Shown here: one piece after another, positions 8,168 to 17,033 of the stretch | How positions within the stretch are numbered: the first letter of the stretch is position 1 | Layout: every line of letters begins with the position of its first letter | NCBI GenBank assembly: GCA_041653055.1 | Contig: JBAZGD010000001.1 | Coordinates: 13,512-77,511 of the forward strand | Reading direction: 5' to 3' | From: Candidatus Omnitrophota bacterium | GTDB lineage: Bacteria; Omnitrophota; Gorgyraeia; Gygaellales; Profunditerraquicolaceae | Length of the DNA: 64,000 nt | Made by a program: the position numbers and the translations under genes | The notes under the pieces: model-generated | What the model was told of the DNA's origin: nothing | The model's database searches: none | What the model saw: the letters and a program-made list of their open reading frames with translations, nothing else

Positions 8168-8614
8168 TTAAGAAGAGAGCCGCTCCCTCACTAAATCACT
8201 GATTAACTTTCCGTCTGCCTGAGACGATATCTTTGCATTTACCTCTTTCATCACCTTGCCCATATCTTTCATCCCGCCGGCACCCAGAGAAACAACAATC
8301 TCTTCTATTGCTTTTTTAATCTCTTCGGCGGATAATTCAGGAGGCAGGTAGCTTTTTAATACCTCCATTTCCTTTTCTTCTTTCTGTGCCATCTCCAAGC
8401 GCCCGCCCTGGGTGAACTGCTCGATGGAATCCCTGCGCTGCTTGATCTGTTTCTTAATCACCGAAATAACCTCTGGATCATCCAGTTTATTCTTTTTCTT
8501 AGCGGTTGCCAGATTAATCAGTTCTGCCCGCAGAAAACTTATAACCGAACTCTTTAAGCTGTCTTTTGCCTTCATCGCCTCTTTATAATCACTCAATATC
8601 GTATCCTCAAGCAT
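8168..8614 (-). CDS. yqeY: GatB/YqeY domain protein
   Basis: 148 aa. ILSDYKEAMKAKD...ISFLRAEL...YLPPELSAEEIKKAIEE...GMKDMGKVMKEV matches the YqeY family. Confidence 0.85.
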   Translation of the reverse strand: MLEDTILSDYKEAMKAKDSLKSSVISFLRAELINLATAKKKNKLDDPEVISVIKKQIKQRRDSIEQFTQGGRLEMAQKEEKEMEVLKSYLPPELSAEEIKKAIEEIVVSLGAGGMKDMGKVMKEVNAKISSQADGKLISDLVRERLSS

Positions 8615-8642
8615 AAATCCTCCTTTTTACAAACTCGCATCT

Positions 8643-9545
8643 TTAAAAAGAAGCATACTTCCTAAAACTGGCCAGCCTTTTATCAATATCGCGCATTTTC
8701 AGCTTAGAGGAAACCTCTAATCCAAAGCCTTCAATATTAAATGATGCCGCTATAGTGCCGTATGCAAGGGCATCCTTTATTATCTTATCGTTAACCTTGC
8801 CTGCCCTAGCTAAATAGCCCATAAATCCTCCGGCAAAGGTGTCCCCTGCGCCGGTAGGATCAACAACCCTTTCAGCCGGATACGCAGGAAGCGAAAAGAA
8901 ATATCTGCCATTGTAAAACAAGACGCCGTGCTCGCCCTTTTTTATCAATATCATCCTGGGCCCGATCTTATGCAAAGCCTTAGCTGCCTTAATAAGGCTA
9001 TCTTCGCAGGAAAGGCTCATCGCCTCCTTATCGTTTGCGCAATATATATCAACGTCTTTCAAAAGCCTCAGTAAAGACTTGCGCTTAGTATCTATCCAGT
9101 AATTCATGCTGTCTAAGGCAACAATTTTAGGCAGGCGCATAATCTTCAACAAATGCCGCTGTATATCGGGATCAAGATTAGCTAAAAATAAATAAGGCAC
9201 CCCCTGCTGGACCTTAACGATGCTGGGCCTGAATGAAGACAAAACCCCTAATTCTGTTTTCAGGGTAATAGCAGTATTGAGATCATTCCCCTTATATTCT
9301 CCGGACCAATGAAAAGTTCTCCCTTCCCGTATAGAGAGAGAGGATAAATCCAAACCCTTGCCTTTTAGAAAGCTTATATTACTCTGCGGAAAATCTCTTC
9401 CCACAACTGCCACAATACTTACCTTAGTAAAAAGCCTTGCAGACATAGAAAAGTGCGCGGCAGATCCGCCCAGCAGGTTCTCGCGCTTGCCAAAGGGAGT
9501 CTTAACATCATCCAGGGCAACCGTACCTAACACGATTACGCTCAT
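8643..9545 (-). CDS. PfkB-family carbohydrate kinase
   Basis: 300 aa. Has the DPTGAGDTFAGGFMGYLA C-terminal PfkB signature. Confidence 0.85.
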   Translation of the reverse strand: MSVIVLGTVALDDVKTPFGKRENLLGGSAAHFSMSARLFTKVSIVAVVGRDFPQSNISFLKGKGLDLSSLSIREGRTFHWSGEYKGNDLNTAITLKTELGVLSSFRPSIVKVQQGVPYLFLANLDPDIQRHLLKIMRLPKIVALDSMNYWIDTKRKSLLRLLKDVDIYCANDKEAMSLSCEDSLIKAAKALHKIGPRMILIKKGEHGVLFYNGRYFFSLPAYPAERVVDPTGAGDTFAGGFMGYLARAGKVNDKIIKDALAYGTIAASFNIEGFGLEVSSKLKMRDIDKRLASFRKYASF

Positions 9546-9554
9546 TACAGCCTC

Positions 9555-10325
9555 CTAACGAAGTTTAAACCAAAAAACCAGCGCTAACAATATTCTATAT
9601 ATGCCAAAAGGCACAAAATTATGCTTTTTGATAAAGATAAGCAAAAACTTTATGGCTAAGGAAGCGACTATAAAAGAGGCAAGGAACCCCATAACCAAAA
9701 CCGCAAACTGCCCCTTACTGAAGGAATTCGCACTTTTTAAAAGATCCAGGCTCGCAGCGGCAGCCATCGTAGGCACAGCAAGCAAAAAGGAAAACTCCAC
9801 TATTATCTTTCTACTAAGCCCGGCAATAAGCCCGCCTACAATAGTTGCGGCAGCGCGCGAGACGCCGGGGATAACGGCTAAAGACTGAAAGATCCCGATT
9901 AAGAATGCCTGGGTATATGAAATTGAAGGTAATTCTTTAATTGCCTCGTCTTTCTCGCGGTAAAAATACTCAAATAATATAATCGCAACCCCTCCCAATA
10001 AAAGCGCCCAGATAATTACCTTGTTATTATCAAAAAGGTACCCCTTGATAAACCTATAAAAAATACAGCCAACGATTGCAGTGGGGATAAAGGCAACCAG
10101 CAGTTTCTTATAGAGCCCTAAGCCCGACAAGAATGTTCTCCAGTATAAAACTATCACCGAAAGAATCGCCCCTAGCTGTATAACAATCTGAAAACTCTTT
10201 ACGAATTCAGTCTGGGCCAATCCCAGGCAGCGGGCAGCAAGAATAAGATGCCCGGTAGAAGATATAGGAAGGAATTCCGTAACCCCCTCGATAATGCCTA
10301 AAATAATTGCATCTGTTATATTCAT
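9555..10325 (-). CDS. uppP: Undecaprenyl-diphosphate phosphatase
   Basis: N-terminus GIIEGVTEFLPISSTGHLIL plus a polytopic membrane profile. Confidence 0.9.
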   Translation of the reverse strand: MNITDAIILGIIEGVTEFLPISSTGHLILAARCLGLAQTEFVKSFQIVIQLGAILSVIVLYWRTFLSGLGLYKKLLVAFIPTAIVGCIFYRFIKGYLFDNNKVIIWALLLGGVAIILFEYFYREKDEAIKELPSISYTQAFLIGIFQSLAVIPGVSRAAATIVGGLIAGLSRKIIVEFSFLLAVPTMAAAASLDLLKSANSFSKGQFAVLVMGFLASFIVASLAIKFLLIFIKKHNFVPFGIYRILLALVFWFKLR

Positions 10326-10344
10326 TACCTGCCAACTCCCTGCC

Positions 10345-10941
10345 TTAATCCGCGTGCTCTTTTAGAAAATTCTTCATTGCCTGCGGCATTTCCGAATCAA
10401 TAACTATGGCCTTATCGCTAAGCGGGTGTTTAAATTCCAGCCTGCCTGCATGAAGCATAAGCCTTTTAGCCTTTATCTTAAAATCCTTGCGAAACGCAAA
10501 CTTATCTTCCCCAAGTATAGGATGCCCGATAGACTTAAAATGAATCCGTATCTGATTAGTGCGCCCGGTAAATGGCCTTGCCTGAACAACCGTAAAACCG
10601 TTCCTTCTTTCAACAACTCTATACTGAGTTTTCGCAAACATACCTTCAATCTTATTTTCAATTATCCCCTCTGCCTTAAGAGGCAAACCACTAATAAAAG
10701 CAACATAAACCTTATTAACCTTTCTTTTCTTAAATTCATCCGCCATCTTTTGCTGTAAGGCCTTAGTCTTGGCATAAATAATAAGCCCTGAGGTATTACG
10801 GTCGAGCCGATGGCAAGGGTATAAACCTAATATGCTGGTTAAAGTACGTTGTTCATTCTTAGGGGTAGGAACGGTAAGCAGCCCGCTAGGCTTGTCTACT
10901 ACCAATAAACAATCATCTTCATAAACAATCGGTATGTTCAA
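10345..10941 (-). CDS. RluA-family pseudouridine synthase (short form, no S4 domain)
   Basis: HRLDRNTSGLIIYAKT catalytic motif and TGRTNQIRIH motif. 198 aa. Confidence 0.85.
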   Translation of the reverse strand: MNIPIVYEDDCLLVVDKPSGLLTVPTPKNEQRTLTSILGLYPCHRLDRNTSGLIIYAKTKALQQKMADEFKKRKVNKVYVAFISGLPLKAEGIIENKIEGMFAKTQYRVVERRNGFTVVQARPFTGRTNQIRIHFKSIGHPILGEDKFAFRKDFKIKAKRLMLHAGRLEFKHPLSDKAIVIDSEMPQAMKNFLKEHAD

Positions 10942-11859
10942 CTAGGCTATCTCTAACATCCTGTCAATTGACTTTTTAGCCCGTATACGTATATCTTCGG
11001 GTACCCTTACCTCTTCCTTCATCTCCTCCAGCACAGAGATTATCTTCTCTTCTGTTGTACGCTTCATATTAGGGCAAACCGCACGTTCAGAAGCAGGATA
11101 AAACTCTTTCTTAGGATTATCTTTCTTCAGGCGATAGACCAGGCCTATCTCCGTGCCCACAATAAACTCGGTAGCCTCAGACTCTTTGGCGAACTTAGCC
11201 ATCTGGGAAGTAGAAATAACGGCATCCGCCATACTAACTACCTGCGGAAGGCATTCAGGGTGAACCATTACCTTGGCAAAAGGATGGAATCTCTTCTCCC
11301 TTTTTACATCTTCAGGAAGTATCTTGATATGGGTAGGGCAAAACCCATCCCAAATAATCATTTTTCTTCCGGTTTTCTTCGCGACAAAATCTGCCAAATA
11401 TTTATCAGGGACAAAGATTATCTCTTTCCTGTCTCTCAAGGCATTAACCACGGCTATGGCATTGGTAGAAGTGCAGCAATAATCCAACTCTGCCTTTACC
11501 TCAGCGGAAGTATTCACGTACCCCAACACCACTGCATCGGGATGCTCCATTTTTAACTTCTTGAGTTCATAAGCCTTGAGCATATTGGCCATTGGGCAAC
11601 CGGAATGAATATCAGGCATAATGACCTTCTTCTGCGGAGATAGTATCGCCGCAGTTTCCGCCATAAAATATACTCCGCAAAATACAATAACCTCGGCATC
11701 AGTTTTAGCGGCAATCCGGGACAGCTCCAATGAATCTCCCCTGAAATCCGCAACATCCTGGACCTCGGGAAGCTGATAATTATGCGCCAGGATTATAGCA
11801 TTTCGCTTTTTCTTAAGCTCCCTGATCTTCTGCCCTAAAGGGCTTAATTCTTTAGTCAT
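10942..11859 (-). CDS. nadA: Quinolinate synthase
   Basis: KRNAIILAHNYQLPEVQDVADFRGDSLELSR and overall NadA layout. 305 aa. Confidence 0.9.
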   Translation of the reverse strand: MTKELSPLGQKIRELKKKRNAIILAHNYQLPEVQDVADFRGDSLELSRIAAKTDAEVIVFCGVYFMAETAAILSPQKKVIMPDIHSGCPMANMLKAYELKKLKMEHPDAVVLGYVNTSAEVKAELDYCCTSTNAIAVVNALRDRKEIIFVPDKYLADFVAKKTGRKMIIWDGFCPTHIKILPEDVKREKRFHPFAKVMVHPECLPQVVSMADAVISTSQMAKFAKESEATEFIVGTEIGLVYRLKKDNPKKEFYPASERAVCPNMKRTTEEKIISVLEEMKEEVRVPEDIRIRAKKSIDRMLEIA

Positions 11860-12928
11860 TTATCCTCATAACTTTTTCTATTTTCCCGCCGCCTAAGATT
11901 CTAGAACGGGTATAAAATACCGCCGCCTGTCCGGGTGTTACGGCAAACTGCGCTTTTCTGAATTTGACTCTGATTTTATTCTCGGATGGAATCAGTTCTG
12001 CTTCGCCTTCTTTATGATTATAGCGTATTTTAACCTTAAGGGCAACTCTCTTTTTTATGGGCCTGCCTGCAAAATGCAAATTGTTTACCCAAAACTCCCT
12101 GGAGAATACATGCTTCTTAGGGCCGATTATAATACTGTTATCCTTATGGTTTATTTCCAATATATAAGCGGGATAACCCGCAGCAATACCCAAGCCCTGC
12201 CTCTGGCCTATCGTATAATAAGCTATGCCTTTATGCTCTCCTAAAACCCTGCCGTTTAAATCCATAACAAAACCGCTTTTTATTTTACGCTTAACTCTCT
12301 TTCTTAAAAATTCCCGGTAATCGTCGCGGGGAAGAAAACAGATCTCCTGGCTCTCTTTTTTCTCCGCAACCGGAAGTTTGAATTTTCTGGCTAATTTTCT
12401 TATTTCCTCCTTGGAATATCCTCCGATTGGAAACATAACAGAGCTTAATTCTTTCTGCCCCAGGCGATATAAAAAATAGGACTGGTCCTTAAGTAAATCT
12501 TTTGCCTTATTTATATAGTAAAATCCTTCATTCTTTATGACCCTTGCGTAATGCCCGGTTGCAAGAAAATCCCCTCCCAGACAGATAGACTTTCTTAAAA
12601 GCGATCCGAACTTTATATATTGATTACAAACAATGCAGGGGTTGGGGGTTTTCCCCATGATATACTCCGAGCAAAAATCACTGATTACATATTCTTCCAG
12701 GTCTTTGAGCATATTCAAAACATGGTGTTCTATCCCCAGTTTATGGGCTACCCTGCGGGCATCGTCTATACTGCTAAGGCTGCAGCATCCGGGCTTCTTA
12801 CGTTTATAGCGGGGGAGGTTAAAACACATAGTAATGCCGATAACTTCATAGCCCTTATCCCTTAACAATGCTGCAGCTACCGAAGAGTCTACTCCGCCGC
12901 TCATCGCCACAACTACGCGTTTTTTCAT
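11852..12928 (-). CDS. mnmA: tRNA 2-thiouridine(34) synthase
   Basis: PP-loop VVVAMSGGVDSSVAA, NPCIVCNQYIKF and a C-terminal barrel region. 358 aa. Confidence 0.9.
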   Translation of the reverse strand: MKKRVVVAMSGGVDSSVAAALLRDKGYEVIGITMCFNLPRYKRKKPGCCSLSSIDDARRVAHKLGIEHHVLNMLKDLEEYVISDFCSEYIMGKTPNPCIVCNQYIKFGSLLRKSICLGGDFLATGHYARVIKNEGFYYINKAKDLLKDQSYFLYRLGQKELSSVMFPIGGYSKEEIRKLARKFKLPVAEKKESQEICFLPRDDYREFLRKRVKRKIKSGFVMDLNGRVLGEHKGIAYYTIGQRQGLGIAAGYPAYILEINHKDNSIIIGPKKHVFSREFWVNNLHFAGRPIKKRVALKVKIRYNHKEGEAELIPSENKIRVKFRKAQFAVTPGQAAVFYTRSRILGGGKIEKVMRIND

Positions 12929-12938
12929 ATGGATGAAA

Positions 12939-12947
12939 ATTATATCA
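12939..12947 (-). promoter_or_regulatory. Extended -10 promoter (TGaTATAAT) 10 nt upstream of the mnmA ATG
   Basis: The minus strand reads TGATATAAT tttcatccat ATG. There is no Shine-Dalgarno. Confidence 0.45.
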
Positions 12948-12966
12948 TAAAAACTTAATTAATAAT

Positions 12967-13007
12967 AAAAAAACGGGGCCGGATTATTAATCCGGCCCCG
13001 CTGTTTT
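12967..13007 (-). terminator. Rho-independent terminator downstream of csp
   Basis: Perfect 10-bp GC-rich stem CGGGGCCGGA / TCCGGCCCCG (12974-12983 / 12991-13000) with a 7-nt loop. It is followed on the minus strand by a run of 7 T. Confidence 0.85.
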
Positions 13008-13021
13008 TTAGCTCTTTAAAG

Positions 13022-13222
13022 TTATAACTTGACTACCTTCGTAGCCTGTTCTCCCTTAGGGCCTTTTTCAATCTCAAACTCCACCTCTTGGCCCTCTTCT
13101 AAAGTCTTATAGCCATCACCCTGGATAGCGGTATGATGTACAAATACATCAGCGCCATCTTCAGGAGTAATAAATCCATAACCCTTTTGGTTAGAAAACC
13201 ATTTTACTTTACCTTTTGCCAT
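13022..13222 (-). CDS. cspA: Cold-shock protein (CspA family)
   Basis: 66 aa. [29 protein letters not shown] contains the RNP1/RNP2 motifs. Confidence 0.95.
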   Translation of the reverse strand: MAKGKVKWFSNQKGYGFITPEDGADVFVHHTAIQGDGYKTLEEGQEVEFEIEKGPKGEQATKVVKL

Positions 13223-13244
13223 CTTTACTTCTCACCTCCTCTAC

Positions 13245-13287
13245 AAATAAAAAAACCGTAAGGCGCATCATTCTTTCTCCTTACGGT
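13245..13287 (-). promoter_or_regulatory. Terminator-like hairpin plus U-tract inside the csp 5' leader (candidate attenuator)
   Basis: Perfect 9-bp stem ACCGTAAGG / CCTTACGGT (13255-13263 / 13279-13287). On the minus strand it is followed by TTTTTTATTT, then GGAGG and the ATG. Confidence 0.5.
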
Positions 13288-13322
13288 CAAGACTTCCACT
13301 CCTTACACCCACAATTGGAGAA

Positions 13323-13350
13323 ATTATACACTATTTATAATATTTGTCAA
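13323..13350 (-). promoter_or_regulatory. csp promoter (TTGACA -16- TATAAT)
   Basis: -35 at 13345-13350 and -10 at 13323-13328 on the minus strand, giving a ~95-nt leader. Confidence 0.6.
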
Positions 13351-15180
13351 TTAAATTTTCAATTCTACCCGCGCCATCCCCCGGACAGAATTACATAAAT
13401 AAACCCTATCCGCCTCTAAAAGATCACAAAAATGCATAATCTTTTCTTTAACTATCCCCTTCCTTAAAAGATCCCCCCTGAAAATACCCGGAAGCAACCC
13501 TGAGGAAAACGGCGGGGTATAGAGCCTCCCCCTTCTTTCAATGACTATATTGGAGATTGCCCCTTCTGAGACCTCCTGCCTATTATTAAGAAAAATAACG
13601 TCGAAATAACCCCGGGCCTTATAACGGGAATATTCCCGGTCATAAAGAGAGCGATTAGTGGTCTTATGCCTTAAGAAGACAGAAGCAGGGTTTATCCTAT
13701 ACTTAGAGATAGCAACCTTTTTTACCCCCCGGACCTCCCCTATGGGCGAGTATGCTGCATTTAAATCCCCGTATTTTCCCAAGAGAAGGCGGACTTTATA
13801 CTCCCTCGTTCTGATAAGTTTTCTTTCTATCTCTGCTAATTTACGGCGGATACTCCAAGGATTACAGGAAAAACCAAAATACCCCGCTGATTCTTCCATC
13901 CTCCTTAGGTGTTCTTTAAGGAATAAATAACCTTTATCCCAGCCGATAGTTTCAATAAGCCTGAGACTGCTATCCCTTTCAATCAAAAAGCGCGCCTTCA
14001 GCTTACATTCCATGAACTCCTCGGCAGGAGAAGAATCATAGACAATACCGCTGCCAACACCCATTTCGCCTTTACCCCGGAGAACAGAAAGAGTGCGTAT
14101 AGGAAGGTTAAATACCGCCTGATTCCTTTTTGATATAAAACCTAAGGCGCCGCAATATACCCCCCTGGGGTAACCCCTCTCTAATTCCCTGATAATTTGC
14201 ATTGTCCGTATCTTGGGGGCTCCGGTAACAGAGCCTCCCGGGAAAATATTCTTAAATATCTCAAAATATGTAGCTCCTCTTTTGAGCCTGCTATTTACCT
14301 GTGAAGTCATCTGTGAGATAGTTTCATACCTCCTGACCTTAAAAGCCTCGGAGATCTTAACGCTATCGATTCTGGATATTCTTCCCAAATCATTACGCAC
14401 TAAATCCACGATCATCAAATTCTCCGCCCTGTTTTTAAGGCTCCTCCTTAGCTTCTTTATATTCTCAGTATCTTCTTGGGGATTACGCCCCCTTGCGATT
14501 GTGCCCTTCATCGGCTGAGAATAAATCTTTAAACCTTCCCTTCTGAAGAATAACTCCGGAGAAAAGGAAAGAATATGATGGTTGTCAAGCTTGCAAAAAG
14601 CCCCATATTGCACATGCTGGAGTAAAGCCAACCTGTTATACAGGGCAAGGGGAGATCCTGAAAAATCGAAATTGTATTTTGTTGTAAAATTAACCTGGTA
14701 GGTATCGCCTCTGCTTATATATTCTTTTATCCTCAAAACTTTATCACGGTATTCTTCAGGGGAAATATTTAATTTCAGGTTACGGATAGAAAAATCTTCT
14801 TCTTGTGCCTTTGAAACAAAAAACTTCTCCTCCTTCATGTTGGTATCTTTGGTTTTATGGTTGAAATAAAATCTTTTATCAAATACCCCAAGGTGTATTA
14901 AAGGAGTTTTGGTGGTTATCTTATCCTTAAAAATACCCTTTTCAAAATAATACCCCAGCTCATAAGAAAAATAGCCCGCCAGGTAGAATCTCTTGGAATA
15001 TTTCTCTATATCAATAAAGGCATTTTCTACATCTTTAAAGTCATAAACCCTGATAACCTTAATTGGGTTAACAAAAATATAGCTCATAAAGTTGAGCCTA
15101 TCGCAAAGCTTAGTCTCAAATAGCATGAAATATTTATGTTTATCTATGTAGGAACTGCTGATCCTCGGAAGCTTTACCAT
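13351..15180 (-). CDS. pabB: Aminodeoxychorismate synthase component I fused to aminodeoxychorismate lyase (PabB-PabC)
   Basis: Chorismate-binding motifs PGGSVTGAPKIRTMQII, GVYCGALGF and GVGSGIVYDS, followed by a class-IV aminotransferase-like C-terminus (FLRHKTTNRSLYD, EVSEGAISNIV). 609 aa. Confidence 0.8.
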   Translation of the reverse strand: MVKLPRISSSYIDKHKYFMLFETKLCDRLNFMSYIFVNPIKVIRVYDFKDVENAFIDIEKYSKRFYLAGYFSYELGYYFEKGIFKDKITTKTPLIHLGVFDKRFYFNHKTKDTNMKEEKFFVSKAQEEDFSIRNLKLNISPEEYRDKVLRIKEYISRGDTYQVNFTTKYNFDFSGSPLALYNRLALLQHVQYGAFCKLDNHHILSFSPELFFRREGLKIYSQPMKGTIARGRNPQEDTENIKKLRRSLKNRAENLMIVDLVRNDLGRISRIDSVKISEAFKVRRYETISQMTSQVNSRLKRGATYFEIFKNIFPGGSVTGAPKIRTMQIIRELERGYPRGVYCGALGFISKRNQAVFNLPIRTLSVLRGKGEMGVGSGIVYDSSPAEEFMECKLKARFLIERDSSLRLIETIGWDKGYLFLKEHLRRMEESAGYFGFSCNPWSIRRKLAEIERKLIRTREYKVRLLLGKYGDLNAAYSPIGEVRGVKKVAISKYRINPASVFLRHKTTNRSLYDREYSRYKARGYFDVIFLNNRQEVSEGAISNIVIERRGRLYTPPFSSGLLPGIFRGDLLRKGIVKEKIMHFCDLLEADRVYLCNSVRGMARVELKI

Positions 15181-16967
15181 TCTATCCTTAACCCTCCCTC
15201 AATCCATCTTCCCGGTGACGGAATTCCGGCTATCTCCTGGTATTCTACATTAAAAATATTGGTAGCGGAAAGAAAAAACTTGGTATTTTTATCCAGATTA
15301 TAATTAAATTTTGCATGCAGCAGAAGCCATCCGCTGCGCGAGGGCGGCTTCTTATAGGTAAGGCCAAACTCCTGGGCGCCAAAATCAAGATTAAATACAG
15401 ATATAAGGCTTGTTAAATGGCGCGCGTAATTCTCCCCGTACTTGTAAATATATCTTTTGTCATCCTTGCTTCTGCTGGTGTAGGCGTAATTTAACCTGAG
15501 ATTAACCAGTTCGTTAAATGCGTACTGCAGGCTCTCCTCAATGCCGGTAACCTGAGAAGAGGCAATATTTCTTGCCTCCCATTTTGCCCGAGAGGGGTTT
15601 TCCTTAACCCAATCAATAAAATTGTCTTCACCCCTTAAGAAAAATACCGAGGCCAAAGAAAATTTACCATGTTTATAAGAATATCCCGCCTCGTAAGTTA
15701 ACGACTTCTCACAGGACAAATCTGATGCGCCTACGGTTATAGGATCATTATAATATAACTCGGTAAAACTGGGTATTCTTATCGCCCTTGAGATTCCCAA
15801 ATGAAACAAATGTTTTTTTACGGCTTCATAAGAGAGCCTGATTGAACCGGTATATGATAAATCCCGTCCGTCATAATCCTCAAGCCTGAGTATAGAGGCG
15901 AGAGAGAGGCGGTCGCTAAAACTGTAGTCATTATCAATAAATGCGCTTCTTTGAGCCCGGCTATGCCTGCCCAGGGTACTAGAAGTAATGCTCTCCTGAG
16001 AATACTCCAGGCCTAAACCGGCTTTGCCTAAAAGCTGGCTTTCCCTGCTTAAATATATGCTGGGGGCATAGACGTCTGTTCGATGATGAGAAATAAAACT
16101 GCTTCTCGCCTGAGTTTTATCCAGCATAAATTTATCGAAATGCCTGCGCCAGATGAAAGAAGGCTTAATTATTAAACCATCTTTACCAAGGTTAAAACCG
16201 CCGTTTAAAAGATACGTCCTGGTCCACTCTTTTGAGGGATACCCTAATCCAGGGGTATAAAAATCATAGGCACCAAATTCTTTTTCTTGATATCCAAAAT
16301 CCAGGGCAAAAGAACCTAAGGGTATATCCAGGGAAGACGCCATATTGACGGTAAACTTCTTGAAATCAGTATCTTTGCTAAAACCATCCGACTCCTTATT
16401 TTCTACGGATAATCTTAATCCTAAATCTTTTATTTTATCGCTTACGCTGAATAGCTGGCCAAATGACCCATATTCTCCCCCTGATAGCTCCAATACAATC
16501 TTTCTCTCCTCAGGCCTCTTGGTTATAAAGTTAACTGTTCCTCCTATCGCATCAGGGCCAAAACCAAAAGGGGTTATACCGGATAATACATCAATGCTGG
16601 AGATGTCCTCTTTAGTAAACGGGATGTCGGCATTATGATGGCCGGTTTGAGGGTCATTTATCCGCTTGCCGTTAAGCAAGACCCGCACCCCCTGAAAATT
16701 TGACCCGCGCAATGAAAAATCCGACTGTATAGAGCTGTTGGGTGAGCGCGATTGAAGGTTAAGGAAAGTTACTAATAAGGCCTCTACAGGGGCATCAAAG
16801 GGAAGGCCTTGCAGGTTATCGCCGTTTAAAGAGCAGTAGCCCTCAAATACCTGCTTGCTTTTTAATACAATAATCTTATCAAGAAGGGTATTACTATCTT
16901 GGGCAAGAGAAACACAGCTATGGTTTATAAATAAAACAATGAAAATGCCAAACTTGATCTTAAGCAT
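15174..16967 (-). CDS. TonB-dependent outer-membrane receptor (small, ~600 aa)
   Basis: Signal peptide; plug-like region (RGSNFQGVRVLLNGKRINDPQTG); beta-strand-rich barrel ending in an aromatic residue (...GGLRIEW). Confidence 0.8.
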   Translation of the reverse strand: MLKIKFGIFIVLFINHSCVSLAQDSNTLLDKIIVLKSKQVFEGYCSLNGDNLQGLPFDAPVEALLVTFLNLQSRSPNSSIQSDFSLRGSNFQGVRVLLNGKRINDPQTGHHNADIPFTKEDISSIDVLSGITPFGFGPDAIGGTVNFITKRPEERKIVLELSGGEYGSFGQLFSVSDKIKDLGLRLSVENKESDGFSKDTDFKKFTVNMASSLDIPLGSFALDFGYQEKEFGAYDFYTPGLGYPSKEWTRTYLLNGGFNLGKDGLIIKPSFIWRRHFDKFMLDKTQARSSFISHHRTDVYAPSIYLSRESQLLGKAGLGLEYSQESITSSTLGRHSRAQRSAFIDNDYSFSDRLSLASILRLEDYDGRDLSYTGSIRLSYEAVKKHLFHLGISRAIRIPSFTELYYNDPITVGASDLSCEKSLTYEAGYSYKHGKFSLASVFFLRGEDNFIDWVKENPSRAKWEARNIASSQVTGIEESLQYAFNELVNLRLNYAYTSRSKDDKRYIYKYGENYARHLTSLISVFNLDFGAQEFGLTYKKPPSRSGWLLLHAKFNYNLDKNTKFFLSATNIFNVEYQEIAGIPSPGRWIEGGLRIEW

Positions 16968-16973
16968 ATGCTT

Positions 16974-17001
16974 ATTATAAAGTTTGGCGTGTTATTGTCA
17001 A
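16974..17001 (-). promoter_or_regulatory. Promoter TTGACA -16- TATAAT ending 6 nt before the receptor ATG (predicted leaderless mRNA)
   Basis: -35 at 16996-17001, -10 at 16974-16979, ATG at 16967-16965. The expected TSS (7th nt after the -10) is the A of the ATG. Confidence 0.5.
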
Positions 17002-17033
17002 CTAGTTTAGTGCTAACGGTTTACATTTAATCC

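Noticed and set aside
16968-17033. Possible cobalamin or other riboswitch upstream of the small BtuB-sized TonB-dependent receptor
   Set aside because: The gap is only 66 nt and is occupied by a consensus promoter whose -10 ends 6 nt from the ATG. There is no room for an aptamer.
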